Shown here piece by piece: positions 21,266 to 31,821 of a stretch of 64,000 bases of DNA. The notes beneath the pieces are model-generated. The model ran no database searches. It saw nothing but the letters and a program-made list of their open reading frames with translations, and was not told where the DNA came from. The DNA is from an uncultured Acidimicrobiia bacterium (GTDB lineage: Bacteria > Actinomycetota > Acidimicrobiia > Acidimicrobiales > AC-14). The number at the start of each line of letters is the position of its first letter. Position 1 is the stretch's first letter. The translations under genes and the position numbers were made by a program. The stretch covers positions 32,001 to 96,000 of the forward strand of contig CAWIIV010000012.1 in the NCBI GenBank assembly GCA_963836205.1, written 5' to 3'.

Positions 21266-21877
21266 ATGTCCAGCATCGAAGGCCCATACCAGCCCACCCT
21301 CTACCTGTGGGGCGCCAAGGGAGGCGTCGGCACCTCGACGGTGGCCGCCGTCATCGCCCTGCACGCCTCTCGCCAGCGCCCCGTCGAGCTGCGGGCCACC
21401 ACCCCCGAGCGCCTCGACGAGCTGGCAGCGCTGCTCGGCATCACCCATACCCCGGGCGCCCCCCTTATCCTCGGCGGTGATGCGTGCGAGGACACGCTCG
21501 TGGTCGTCGACGGTGGTACCGACGCCACCCTGCCGGAGGGAACGACGGCCTCCCTCCTGGTCATCCGGGCCTGCTACCTCGCCCTGCGCCGTGCGCTCCA
21601 GCGCGCCGGCCCTCGCCCGGACGGCGTCATCCTGGTGGACGAAGCGGGGCGCTCCCTCACCTCCAGGGACATCGAAGACGTCCTCGGCGTCCCGGTGCTG
21701 GCCACCTTCCCGGTGGCGCCAGCGGTCGCCAGGATGATCGACGCCGGGCTCCTGTCCGGGCGCCCGCCCCGGTTCCCGACCGACGTCGTCCTGGCCTACG
21801 CCGGGCTGTGCCCGAGCGACCCGCGCTCAGCCACGCCCCCACACGCCACCCGATCAGCCGACGAGCGAGTTTCATGA
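21266..21877 (+). CDS. ParA/MinD-like (CpaE/Ssd-like) P-loop protein
   Basis: Deviant Walker A GAKGGVGTST, VVVDGG, LLVIRACYLALRRA. Confidence 0.7.
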   Translation: MSSIEGPYQPTLYLWGAKGGVGTSTVAAVIALHASRQRPVELRATTPERLDELAALLGITHTPGAPLILGGDACEDTLVVVDGGTDATLPEGTTASLLVIRACYLALRRALQRAGPRPDGVILVDEAGRSLTSRDIEDVLGVPVLATFPVAPAVARMIDAGLLSGRPPRFPTDVVLAYAGLCPSDPRSATPPHATRSADERVS

Positions 21878-22152
21878 GCGCGCCTGCCATCGCCAGCCAG
21901 GGACCCGTCCCGCCCCCGCTCGGCAAGTGCCGATTCTGCGGCGACGCGACCTGGGCCAGGGACGGCTCCGGACCCGCCCATCCCTGCTGCGTCATCCATG
22001 CCGTCGAGAATCCCGGCCAGCCCTGCATCGCCTGCGTGGCCTCCCGCCAAGCGCGTCGGCGCCGGCACGAGATGGGCATGCACGACGAGGAGCCCGACGA
22101 GATGTGCCCGCGGTGCAGCCCTTCACCCATCGACGACCAGGTCACCACCTGA
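21874..22152 (+). CDS. Small Cys-rich hypothetical protein
   Basis: ATGA overlap with the upstream gene; CRFC, HPCC, CIAC and CPRC motifs. Confidence 0.55.
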   Translation: MSAPAIASQGPVPPPLGKCRFCGDATWARDGSGPAHPCCVIHAVENPGQPCIACVASRQARRRRHEMGMHDEEPDEMCPRCSPSPIDDQVTT

Positions 22153-22190
22153 CCAGTCCCCGAGCCCCACGCCAGGAGCTTTCGCGCTCG

Positions 22191-22348
22191 CCTCCTCTCC
22201 CGGGGCCGTCCCGCCTCTGCTTGCCTTCCGTGCCACAGCCGCCCGGCTCGTGCCGTCAAGGCCCGCTGCGCTCGCCTCCGGCGTCCTTGACGGCGCCCGG
22301 CGCCTGCGGCCTGGTGGCGGCGAAGCGGGGACGGCCCCAGAGAGGAGG
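22191..22348 (+). promoter_or_regulatory. ~160-nt imperfect hairpin, putative ssDNA promoter
   Basis: CCTCCTCT/AGAGGAGG (RBS), GGGGCCGTCCCGC/GCGGGGACGGCCCC and GCCGTCAAGG/CCTTGACGGC nested pairings. Confidence 0.65.
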
Positions 22349-22354
22349 AAGACG

Positions 22355-22723
22355 ATGCGCCTGCTGGTGTGTGGATCGAGGTCCTGGACCGACGAAGCCA
22401 AGGTCGACGAGGTGCTGGAGCGTGTCACCGCCGGCCACAGCACGGTCGTCCTCATCCACGGAGATGCCCGGGGCGCGGACCGCATCGCCGCTGAGGTCGC
22501 CCGTCGCCGTGGGTGGCAGGTCGAGGCCTACCCCGCCGACTGGGACCGTCACGGGCGCCAAGCGGGCATGATCCGCAACCGGGAGATGCTGGCCACAGCC
22601 AAGCCCGATCTCGTGGTTGCGTTCCTCGACGAGCGCAGCCGGCCGTCGGTTGGGACTCGACATATGATCGACCAGGCCCGGCGGGAAGGGCTCCACGGCC
22701 TCGTCGTCAGAGCCGGCTCCTGA
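22355..22723 (+). CDS. DUF2493/YspA-like SLOG protein
   Basis: MRLLVCGSRSW...LIHGDARGADRIA...AYPADWDRHGRQAGMIRNREML...VVAF...GTRHMI. Confidence 0.85.
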   Translation: MRLLVCGSRSWTDEAKVDEVLERVTAGHSTVVLIHGDARGADRIAAEVARRRGWQVEAYPADWDRHGRQAGMIRNREMLATAKPDLVVAFLDERSRPSVGTRHMIDQARREGLHGLVVRAGS

Positions 22724-22824
22724 CCCGCCGCTCTCACCACTCCAACAGCCTGCGGCCACCGACCACGACATCCACCTCCTTGCCACCGCCGGCCATCCCG
22801 GCCCTTGTCCCCTCCGTTGCGCTC

Positions 22825-23347
22825 TCAGGCTCGGCGGTTGCGGCCGGAGCGAAGGATCCGCACGAGGCCCCAGGCCACCGCGCCGACCACCGCGACCAGC
22901 AGGACGCCCATACCGGAGATCCAGATGAGGACCAGCGCGCTGGCCTTGTCCTCGTCGCCGCTGAGGGCTTCGACGAGAACCACCAACAGGACCAGGGCGC
23001 CCAAGGCCGCGAAGATGGACAGGGCGACCAGGCCGACCACGGCCAGGACCAGCGGGGGACCGACCGCCCTCATTGCGCTGGCCGCCGCCGGACCGACCTC
23101 CTCACCCTGCCGGCGGGCGTTGACGCTGCGGGCGACGACGTAGGCCACCGCGCCCAGCACTACGAGGCCGAAATTGCCAGGACGGCGGGAGACCGACCGC
23201 CGTCATCGCGCTCGCCGCAGCCGGACCTACCTCTTCACCCCGCCGGCATGCGTTGAGGCCATGGACGACGAAGTAGGCCGCCGCGATCAGCAGCAGCAAC
23301 ACCAGCAGAACCTGGATGCTGCGCGAGCCCGCGCACGCCGACTCCAC
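22825..23347 (-). CDS. Membrane protein with an internal duplicated unit (frameshifted)
   Basis: Two similar segments (V..S/LNA.R.GEEVGPAAASAM.AVG) in ORFs 22825-23160 and 23102-23347. Confidence 0.45.
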
Positions 23348-23533
23348 GCATCAGTTGCAGCGGCGGTTTCGGCGACGGCCTTCTTCACCGAGTCGGTTGC
23401 GCATCGCCTCACCTTCCGCTGAAATCGACGAGGTCGGCCCCGTTCGTGCCGGTGCCTTTCCCGGTGGAAAGGGTGAGCACTTCTGGCAGAATCTCGCCGA
23501 CGGATTCGCGCGGATCCAGAAGGCAGGGCGCTG

Positions 23534-26500
23534 ATGCGGTCGAGGCGGAGGGTGGGGCGACGAGCATCCGGTAAGGCGGGCGCGGACCGCCGGGGAGTTC
23601 TGGGCTGGACGTCGCTGGCCTTAACCGTGATGTGGCTGCTGTCTGGGCTCGTACTGCCGTCGGAGCGGGCTCTGGGAGCGCTGCACAACCCCATCCCGCT
23701 CAACCAGAACGAGGAGCCGACCTACGACTTTGTTGACGACGATGCGTTGTTCGCGTACGTGACGTCGGACACCGCCGGCGGGCGGGTGTGCATCGTGGAG
23801 GCCTCGGTCGAGGATCCCGCCAATGGGGACTGCGACAGTCCGGCGTGGGGCACGCCCAACGTGGTCGTCGGCGTCGGAAGCGTGTTCACACCGATCGAGG
23901 CCCCGACGCTCAACCCGGGCAGCTGGCGGCTGCTCACCGAGGACTCGGCATTCGATCCGACTGCGGTCAGCGAGGTGTTCACCGTGACGCCGTGCGACGA
24001 CTGCTCGCGAGAGTTGGCGCTGGCGGCCATCCAGGCGTGGAAGGACCGGGCCCGGGAGATGAAGGTGGGGTTGCAGCTCACCTGTTTCGTCTTCGCGGTG
24101 AGGGACGTCGAGGGTGCGGTCACGGGTGCGCGAGGCAAGATCAAGAAGGCGATGGCTCGCGCCGACACGTACGAGGCTGGCGACCGGGGATGGAAGGCCA
24201 CGATCGCGGCGCCGATCGGCGGCGCATTAGGCGGGGCGCTCGGTTTCACTTTCCCCACGATCGACGGTGCCATCGGTGCCGGCTCGGAAAAGGCCTTGGC
24301 CATTCTTCACGACCTGTCCTGCGCCGCCGGCGCCATGTACCACGACATCGTCGAAGATCCGCCCGATCCCGACTTCGCCACGGTGGCCGCCCCGAGGTTC
24401 GCATCGATCTTGGATACCGAGTCGGACAGCCTCGACGAACTTCTTCACGCCCTCGACCGACAGGCCGCCCAGGCGGAGGCGGCCCTGACCGCCTTCGAGC
24501 GGCTCCTCGGTGCCGAGCAGGCCGGTTCGAGCGCCGAACCGGCAGCGGTCGCCCAGGCGGCTGCGGTGGCCCAGCTGACCTTCGACCAGCTTGACGAGAT
24601 GCGAGACTCGGCCGCCGCGCTACGGGAGCACGCGGTCGACCTCGACAGGGCCGGGCTGCTCCAGGGACCGGTTGCCAGCCCGTCGGACTGGACCCTGATC
24701 GAGAACACCTACGCCCGCGTCGTCGCCCAGGGCTTCACCGCCGACGAGATCTCACAGCTCCAAGCCGCAGGTCTCACCGCGGCGGAGATGGACGATCTTC
24801 GGACCCACTTCCACATCCCGCTCGACGACGTCGACCCCGCAGTCGCGTTCACGACCATCCTGCGCCAGCTCGCCGACACCACCGAGGCCCAGATCGAGGG
24901 CTTTGACGCCTTCGCCCGGGAGGCCGCGGCGGTGTCCGCCAGGCGGGCCGCCAGCCCTCCCAACCAGCCACCGATTGCGCTGATCGAGACCGACTCCCTG
25001 ACCGTGCCGGTCGGCTCGGTGGCATTCTATTCCGCCGGTAACGATCCTGACGGATCGATTGACTCCTATAGCTGGGACTTCGGCAACGGCGAGACCAGTG
25101 ACCTCTCCTACGGGTACCCGGTTTACGCCGATCCCGGCACGTACGCGGTCACCCTCACGGTCATCGACAACGATGGCGCCACTGCGACAGCCTCGGTGAC
25201 GTTGGTCGTCTACGCGCCACCGACCGCGTCCTTCACGATTGCTCCCTCATTGGACGGCGAGGTGCCGTTCTCCGTGACGCTGGACGCGTCCGCGTCGCAG
25301 GACAGGAATGGCCAGATCACCGCCTACGCGTGGGAGCTGGGGGACGGAACCACCGCCGTCGGACCGATCGTGCACAAGACGTACGCCGTGGAAGGTCACT
25401 ACAGCATCCGGCTGGTCGTGACTGACGACGAGGGACACGTCGCTGACCTGTTCCAGGCTATTGACGCCCGGAACCCTGCGGACAACCAACGGCCGGTGGC
25501 GTCGTTCACCCACTCCGTCACCACTGCCGGGTACCCGCCCGTCCTCGACGTCGACGGGACCGGCTCGACCGATCCGGATGGCACGATCGCGCAGTACCTC
25601 TGGGACTTCGGCGACGGACACACCGGCACTGGCCCCCGCCTCAGTCATCTCTACGAGAGCTCGAGCCCGTCGGCGTACAACGTCCGCCTACGAGTGGTTG
25701 ACGACCGGGGTGCCGTGTCGGAGACGGTAATGCTGGTTCAGACGACCGCCTCGCACGAGCAGCACATCACGAGCGAGGGGCCTCTGACCGACATCGGTAC
25801 CAATCTCGCCCTGAGCTGCTATGTGACTTATGCGGGTGACAGCGCCCCCCAGTTCTTCGCCGGCTGGGCCTGCGGGACGTTCCTCTCGGTCGGCGTAGGC
25901 GAGGGTTCCACGACCTACGGAGGCCGTCCGCCGGCCGGTGGCAACTCGACCGACGTCCTTTGGTCGCCGATCAAGCTCAGCCCGGCGACCGGCAGTGGCT
26001 CCTTCCAGGATCCATATCGGATCGAGGCGGAGGCGCGAGCCGGCGATACCGGACTCCGGGTCCAGCAACGCGACAGCTACGTCGTCGGCCAGGAGAACTA
26101 CCGCACCGACCTCACTGTGGTGAACGACTCGGATCAGGTCCAAGAGGTCATCCTGTACCGGGCCGCGGACTGCTACCTCCAGGACAGTGACGCGGGCTAC
26201 GGCAGTTACTCGGAAGCGGCCGGCGCCGTGGCCTGCCGCGCCACGTCCGGCCGCATCGAGCAGTGGTACCCGCTCACCGCGGGAAGCCGGTACATGGAGG
26301 ACGGATACAACACGGTATGGGCCAGCATCGGCGCGGGCCAGGATTTCCCTAACACCATCCTCGAGGACCAGTTTCTCGACAACGGGGCCGGGCTCAGCTG
26401 GCGCTTGCAGGTCCAGCCCGGAAGCACCGCGACCGTTTCCCACCTCACCGTCTTCTCCCCGCTCGGGATCCAGCCACTCATCGCCACCGCCACCGTCGCA

Positions 26501-27952
26501 CCTTCGGTCGTGGAGTCCGGGGGCAGTGTGACCTACGAGATCGCGATCGACAACCCCAACGCCACCGAGCTCACACTCGACGGGTTGAGCGTCGTGCTGC
26601 CTCCTTCAGTGACGCCGGTCGCAGGCACCTCTGTTGGCCTGAGCACCTCCCCGCCGGTGGTCGCAGATGGCGTGGCGACGTGGGCGGGTCCGATACTCGC
26701 AGCCCCGGGTCGGTCGGTTCTCACGTTCGACGCCCTCGTGCTGGCGCCTGCCGGTACTTACACCATCGATGTCCGGGGAGCCTCCCAGGCGGCGACGGTG
26801 ATCGCCGCCGAGCAGGTCGCACCGATCACCGTCACCTCGACGGTGCCGCCGAACTCGGCCCCGACGGTCGAAGTCGGCCCCGACCGCGAGGCGGTGGAGG
26901 GTGGGGCGATCGGGCTATCGGGCACCGTTGGTGATCCCGATGGAGACGAGCTCATCCTCAGCTGGAGCTCTGTGCCCGGCTCGGACGTGGACGCCGGCGC
27001 CCGGTGTGGGTTCACCTCGACCTCGACGCCGACGACCACGATCAGCTGCGATGACGACGGCACCTTCCTGGTCACGCTCACCGTCGACGACGGGACCAGC
27101 GACCCGGTCGCGGATTCGTTCCAGCTGCACGTGACCAACGCCTCCCCCGATGTCGAGATACTCGGCCCTGCCGATGCCAATCCGGCTCGAGCCACCAAAG
27201 CCGCCGCGGCCCGTCAGGCGGTGCTCGGAGCCGAGGTGGAGGTGCGGGCCGCCATCTCCGATCCCGGCGCACACGACACGCTCGGCTGCGCCATGGCCTG
27301 GGGCGACGGCACCACGTCGAACGGCACCATCGCCGGCGGCATCTGCTCGGTGCGACACACCTTCACCGCGGCGTCGTCTCCGACCGCCACCCTCACGGTC
27401 ACCGATGACGATGGCGGCCGGACGTCGGTGGAACTGCTCTTCGTCGTCGAGCCGGCGGACCCAGGAACCACCACCACGACCCCGACAACGACGACGAGCC
27501 TGCCGACAACGACGACGAGCCCGCCGACAACGACGACGAGCCTGCCGACAACGACGACGAGCCTGCCGACAACGACGACGAGCCTGCCGACAACGACGAC
27601 GACCACCGCGGTGCCGACCACGACCACCGCGCTGACGACCACGACCACCGTGCGGACAAATTCGGGGCCGACCACCACGGTCACGAAGAGCGCCCCGCCA
27701 GCCGGGACATCGCCCCCGAGGCCCGTGCCGCCGACGAGCAGCGTGACTGCGACGACGAGCACCGTGCCTGTTGTGGCCGATCCGCCCAACCCCCCGTCTT
27801 TCGACAAAGGCCTCGCCCGCACAGGTACCGAGCCGGTGCAGTCGGCCCTAACGGCCATCCTGCTCGTAGCGCTGGGCTCCGGCTTAGTGGCGTATTGCCG
27901 GACGATGTCTGATCGCGCGTCCCGGTGGCGCCGTAGGAGGTGGGTGCGGTAG
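23534..27952 (+). CDS. Large PKD-domain cell-surface protein with sortase-like anchor
   Basis: Signal peptide; several PKD motifs (YSWDFGNG, YAWELGDG, YLWDFGDG, MAWGDG); Thr/Pro stalk; LARTG + TM + basic tail. Confidence 0.88.
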   Translation: MRSRRRVGRRASGKAGADRRGVLGWTSLALTVMWLLSGLVLPSERALGALHNPIPLNQNEEPTYDFVDDDALFAYVTSDTAGGRVCIVEASVEDPANGDCDSPAWGTPNVVVGVGSVFTPIEAPTLNPGSWRLLTEDSAFDPTAVSEVFTVTPCDDCSRELALAAIQAWKDRAREMKVGLQLTCFVFAVRDVEGAVTGARGKIKKAMARADTYEAGDRGWKATIAAPIGGALGGALGFTFPTIDGAIGAGSEKALAILHDLSCAAGAMYHDIVEDPPDPDFATVAAPRFASILDTESDSLDELLHALDRQAAQAEAALTAFERLLGAEQAGSSAEPAAVAQAAAVAQLTFDQLDEMRDSAAALREHAVDLDRAGLLQGPVASPSDWTLIENTYARVVAQGFTADEISQLQAAGLTAAEMDDLRTHFHIPLDDVDPAVAFTTILRQLADTTEAQIEGFDAFAREAAAVSARRAASPPNQPPIALIETDSLTVPVGSVAFYSAGNDPDGSIDSYSWDFGNGETSDLSYGYPVYADPGTYAVTLTVIDNDGATATASVTLVVYAPPTASFTIAPSLDGEVPFSVTLDASASQDRNGQITAYAWELGDGTTAVGPIVHKTYAVEGHYSIRLVVTDDEGHVADLFQAIDARNPADNQRPVASFTHSVTTAGYPPVLDVDGTGSTDPDGTIAQYLWDFGDGHTGTGPRLSHLYESSSPSAYNVRLRVVDDRGAVSETVMLVQTTASHEQHITSEGPLTDIGTNLALSCYVTYAGDSAPQFFAGWACGTFLSVGVGEGSTTYGGRPPAGGNSTDVLWSPIKLSPATGSGSFQDPYRIEAEARAGDTGLRVQQRDSYVVGQENYRTDLTVVNDSDQVQEVILYRAADCYLQDSDAGYGSYSEAAGAVACRATSGRIEQWYPLTAGSRYMEDGYNTVWASIGAGQDFPNTILEDQFLDNGAGLSWRLQVQPGSTATVSHLTVFSPLGIQPLIATATVAPSVVESGGSVTYEIAIDNPNATELTLDGLSVVLPPSVTPVAGTSVGLSTSPPVVADGVATWAGPILAAPGRSVLTFDALVLAPAGTYTIDVRGASQAATVIAAEQVAPITVTSTVPPNSAPTVEVGPDREAVEGGAIGLSGTVGDPDGDELILSWSSVPGSDVDAGARCGFTSTSTPTTTISCDDDGTFLVTLTVDDGTSDPVADSFQLHVTNASPDVEILGPADANPARATKAAAARQAVLGAEVEVRAAISDPGAHDTLGCAMAWGDGTTSNGTIAGGICSVRHTFTAASSPTATLTVTDDDGGRTSVELLFVVEPADPGTTTTTPTTTTSLPTTTTSPPTTTTSLPTTTTSLPTTTTSLPTTTTTTAVPTTTTALTTTTTVRTNSGPTTTVTKSAPPAGTSPPRPVPPTSSVTATTSTVPVVADPPNPPSFDKGLARTGTEPVQSALTAILLVALGSGLVAYCRTMSDRASRWRRRRWVR
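27482..27600 (+). repeat. 21-bp tandem repeat encoding PTTTTSL
   Basis: CCGACAACGACGACGAGCCTG repeated about 5 times. Confidence 0.9.
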
Positions 27953-28148
27953 ATCCCTCGCTATGAGGTACACGCGACAGCCAGTGCTCGCTACGGAACT
28001 CGTCGTCGCCCACCGGCTGTCGGTACTTCCTCCGTTGTCGAGCAGCTCGGGCTCGGGACTCGCCTGCCGCCCGCCGCGTTTTCCTTCGACAGGTACCACT
28101 CGGCTAGGGCCCTGTTGTCTCCGTCAGGGTCGCCCTGACGCCGTCACC

Positions 28149-28220
28149 TCACCGCTGGCCTCGACGTCACCGCTCGCCTCGAGCCTCGGCGTCACCGCTC
28201 GCCTCGAGCCTCGGCGTCAT
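28149..28220 (+). repeat. 25-bp tandem repeats (2 exact plus degenerate copies) next to the putative oriT
   Basis: CGTCACCGCTCGCCTCGAGCCTCGG at 28165 and 28190. Confidence 0.85.
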
Positions 28221-28359
28221 CACCAGCTCGGCCAACTTCCACAGCTCTGACACCATCCACCGCTTGCCTCGGCGACTGCGTGTTTGCAACTCCGCCAGCG
28301 ACCCCCTCCCGTCCTCGGGCCCGAAGCGCGCGCCAACCTCGACCGCGATTCACCGCCAG

Positions 28360-28445
28360 TCAGGCCGTCGCACACACCCCTACCGCTCAGGTCTCAAATG
28401 GGAAAGCCTGCGGCCTACTCCGTCGCTTCGCTCCTCCGCAGGCCT
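28360..28445 (-). other. Putative oriT, with nic between 28374 and 28373 on the minus strand
   Basis: Minus strand reads GCGGTAGGGGTGT^GTGCG, similar to the F nic GCGTGGGGTGT^GGTGC; IR GCCTGCGG/CCGCAGGC at 28406-28443; directly upstream of the MOBF relaxase. Confidence 0.55.
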
Positions 28446-28594
28446 CCGGCACGCACTTGCACCAATGGTGCTAGCTTCCCCTCAAAGGTACTTCTAGACC
28501 CTAATAGGACGTGTTCAGAGCCAAAATGCCCTCAACACCATCAACTTCCTCCTGCGAGACCCTGCGGCCCCCGGCCAGCAGCTAAGCGACACCT

Positions 28595-31500
28595 GTGCTC
28601 AGCATCGGCAAGCTCGCCCCGGGCAAGCACCACTACTACCTGCAGTCCATCGCCGACGGGGTCGAGGACTACTACCTCGGCGCCGGCGAGGCGCCCGGTC
28701 GATGGCAGGGCCGCGTGGCCGAGGACCTGGCCCTCACCGGCGACGTCGACGCCCAGACGCTCCAGCTCGTCCTCGGCGGCTACCACCCCGTCACCGGCGA
28801 GAGCCTGTTCCCCGATGCGGCCGGGCCGCCGCCAGCCCACCATGCCCGGCTTCGACGTCACCGTCTCGACGCCGAAGTCGGTCTCCCTGCTCTACGCCTT
28901 CGGCGGCCCCGCGATCCAGGCCGAAGTCGTCGCCGCCCACGAGGCGGCCGCGGCCCAGACCGTCTCCTACCTGGAGGAGAACGCGACCATGACCCGGCGT
29001 GGCCACGCGGGAGCGGAGCGCATCAGCGGCGAGGGTCTGGCGGTGGCCGCGTTCCGCCACCGGACCAGTCGGGCCGGCGACCCCCACCTCCACTCCCACC
29101 TGCTGGTGGCGAACATGACCGAGGGCGTGGACGGCCGCTTCGGCGCGCTGCACGGCACCCTCATCTACCAGCACGCCCGCACCGCCGGCTTCCTCTACGA
29201 GGCGGTCCTGCGTCACCAGCTCACCGAGCGCCTGGGCGTCGAGTGGACCGAGGTCCACAACGGCTGGGCCGAGATCGCGGGCATTCCCCGGGAGTGGATC
29301 GAGACGCACTCGCAGCGCCGCCAGGAGATCGTCGAGGCCATGGCCGACCGGGGCGAGACGAGCGCCCGCAGCGCCCAGTTGGCGACCCTCGACACCCGTC
29401 GACCCAAAGAGCGCTACGACGTCGACGCCCACACCCTCGAGGCCCAGTGGGCCGCCCGTGCCGTCGAAGCCGGCTGGGATCCGGCAGCCGTACTCGACAC
29501 GCTCGGCCGTCACCGGCCCACGGTGCTCGACCGCCGCGACGTGGCCGAGCTCTACCACCACCTGGCCGGCCCCGCAGGGCTGACCGAACAGGCCTCGACC
29601 TTCACCCGCCGTGACGTCCTGCGGGCCATCGCCGAGCGCCACCCCGACGGAGCCCCCCGCCCGCGCATCGAGGCCCTGGCCGACGACTTCCTCGACTCCG
29701 CCGCGGTCGTGCCGATCGTCGACGCCGCCCAGCGCCTCAGCCACCACGATGGGATCCGCCGCGTCGACGGCCGGCTGGTCTCGGCCGATCCCAACGAGGC
29801 TCGCTACTCGACTCCCGAGCTGCTGGCCCTCGAGCAGCGGACCGTCGAGCGCGCCGTTGCCCGCGCCGATGCCGGCGTCGGCGTCGCCCGGGCCGAGGTC
29901 GTCGAGGCCGTCATCTCCGAGCGGGGCCACGCTGGTGCGGCGTTGGGCGAGGACCAGGAGGCGCTCGTCCGCCAGCTGACGACGTCGGGCGCAGGGGTCG
30001 ACGTGGTCGTGGCCAAGGCCGGAACGGGCAAGACCTACACCCTCGACGCCGCCCGCGAGATCTGGGAACGGTGCGGCTTCACCGTCATCGGATGCTCGCT
30101 CGCCGGTGAGGCGGCCGACGGGCTCCAGCGCGACGCCGGCATCCGCAGCTCGACCATCGACCGGCTCCTGTGGGATCTCCAGGTCGGCAAGTACCAGGGC
30201 GGCTTCGCCCGCAACACCGTCGTGGTCACCGACGAGATGGGCATGGTCGGCACCCGCAAGCTGGCCCAGCTCCTCGACTACGCCGAAGGCGCGGGGGCCA
30301 AGGTCGTCGGCGTGGGCGACGACCGTCAGCTCCCCGAGATCGACGCCGGCGGTCTCCTGCGTGGCCTCGGCGACCGCCTGCCGACGCTGCAGCTCCACGA
30401 GAACCGCCGCCAGCGCCACGCCTGGGACCGGAGCGCCCTCGACCAGCTGCGCAGCGGCGATCCCGATCTCTTCGTCGCCGCCTACCGCGACCAGGGCCGC
30501 TTCGTCACCGGTCCCAACGCGGCCCAGGTTCGCGGCCAGATGGTGGCTGACTGGTGGGCCGCGTTCAGAGCCGACGGCCCCGAGGCGCTGATGAGCGCCC
30601 CCCGCCGCGCCGACGTCGACGACCTCAACCGGCGGGCCCGCCAGTGCATGGCCGAGGACGGCCGGCTCGACGGTCCGACACTGTTCGTCGGCCACCGGCC
30701 GTTCCAGCAGGGCGACCTGGTGATGACGCGGGTCAACGACTCCCACGCCGGCGTGCGCAATGGAACGAAGGGCTTCGTCGACGCAGTCGACCTCAACGCC
30801 AACACCCTGGCCATGACCACGATCGACGGCCGCCAGGTCACGCTCGACTCGGCGTACCTCGCCAAAGTCGGCGGCGGCCGGCCCCCGGTGCAGCACGCCT
30901 ACGCCGCCACCATCCACAAGTCCCAAGGCAAGACCGCGGATCGCAACTTCGTCCTCGGCGACGACAGCGTGTTCCGCGAACTGGCCTACTCGGCTGCCAG
31001 CCGCCACCGGGAGACCGCCGTCTTCTACGTCGTCGCCGGCCGGGACTACGGCCTCGACGTCGGCCGCCCCGATGCTCCCCGCGATCCGTTGGCCGAGTTC
31101 GAGCGCTCCATCGCCCGCTCCCGGGCCAAGGCCCTGGCCGTCGACAGCGGCGGCAGTCATGCCGACCTCGTTGGCGCCAGCCTGCGTCAGCTGTACGACC
31201 GAACGGGCCGAGCTCAAGCGCAGCGTCGCCGTGCCGCAAGACATCGCCGCCGCGCCCCACCAGCTGGCCATCCTCGACCGGCGCCGTGACACGGCGTCGG
31301 CCAAGCTGGCCCGCCTCGAGGCGACGGATGCGCCCGCCGCCGCCCTCGACGACGTGCGCCGGGAGCTGGCCGCCCTCGACCGGGCCCGGCCCCCACTCAC
31401 CGCCCGGGCGGCCGAGCTCGACGGCTACGAGGCCGTCATGCGTCCCCGGCTCGAACGCGGCGCCGCAGTCGACGACGCCATCGACCGCCGGCTCGGCCGA

Positions 31501-31821
31501 GTGCTGCGTTCAGTGGAGCAGCGACCGCCTGCCTACATCACCGACGCCCTCGGCCCCCGTCCCGAGCAGTGGCGCGACCTGCGCCTGTGGCGTCAGGGGG
31601 CGGTGGCCATCGAGGGCTATCGCCAGACGTGGGGGGTCAAAGGCGTCGGCGGCGCGGCCCTGCCGCTGGAGCGAGCCCTCGGCGCCGAGCCGGCGTCAGG
31701 CCAACAGCAGGCCCATCGCGTCCGCGCCGGCCACAGTGCCCAGCAAGCCCTCGAAGGCCTCCACCGCAGCCGGGCCATCATCCGCCCCGGGCCCACCCTG
31801 CAGCCGGCGGGACCCCGCTAA
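28595..31821 (+). CDS. MOBF (TrwC/TraI-like) relaxase-helicase (frameshifts near 28820 and 31200)
   Basis: MLSIGKL...HYY...EDYY...GEAPGRWQG; GFDVTVSTPKSVS; HRTSRAGDPHLHSH; RecD-like helicase AKAGTGKT, TDEMGM, VGDDRQL, HAYAATIHKSQG. Confidence 0.93.

Noticed and set aside
16800-22348. Hairpin elements as integron attC sites or IS ends
   Set aside because: No integron integrase or transposase; no clear RYYYAAC/GTTRRRY boxes; the hairpins lie upstream of genes and include their RBS
27482-27600. 21-bp tandem repeat as a regulatory or iteron array
   Set aside because: It is in frame within the Thr-rich stalk of the surface protein
28149-28275. 25-bp repeats as a CRISPR array
   Set aside because: The repeats are directly adjacent with no spacers, and there are no cas genes
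28284-28594. Upstream part of the 1001-aa ORF as the relaxase N-terminus
   Set aside because: The MOBF start with catalytic tyrosines is in another frame at 28595; this stretch is the oriT/promoter region
28791-31400. Long antisense ORFs (also 5982-8294, 46856-48772, 53674-55578)
   Set aside because: Shadow frames of real high-GC genes with no recognisable motifs
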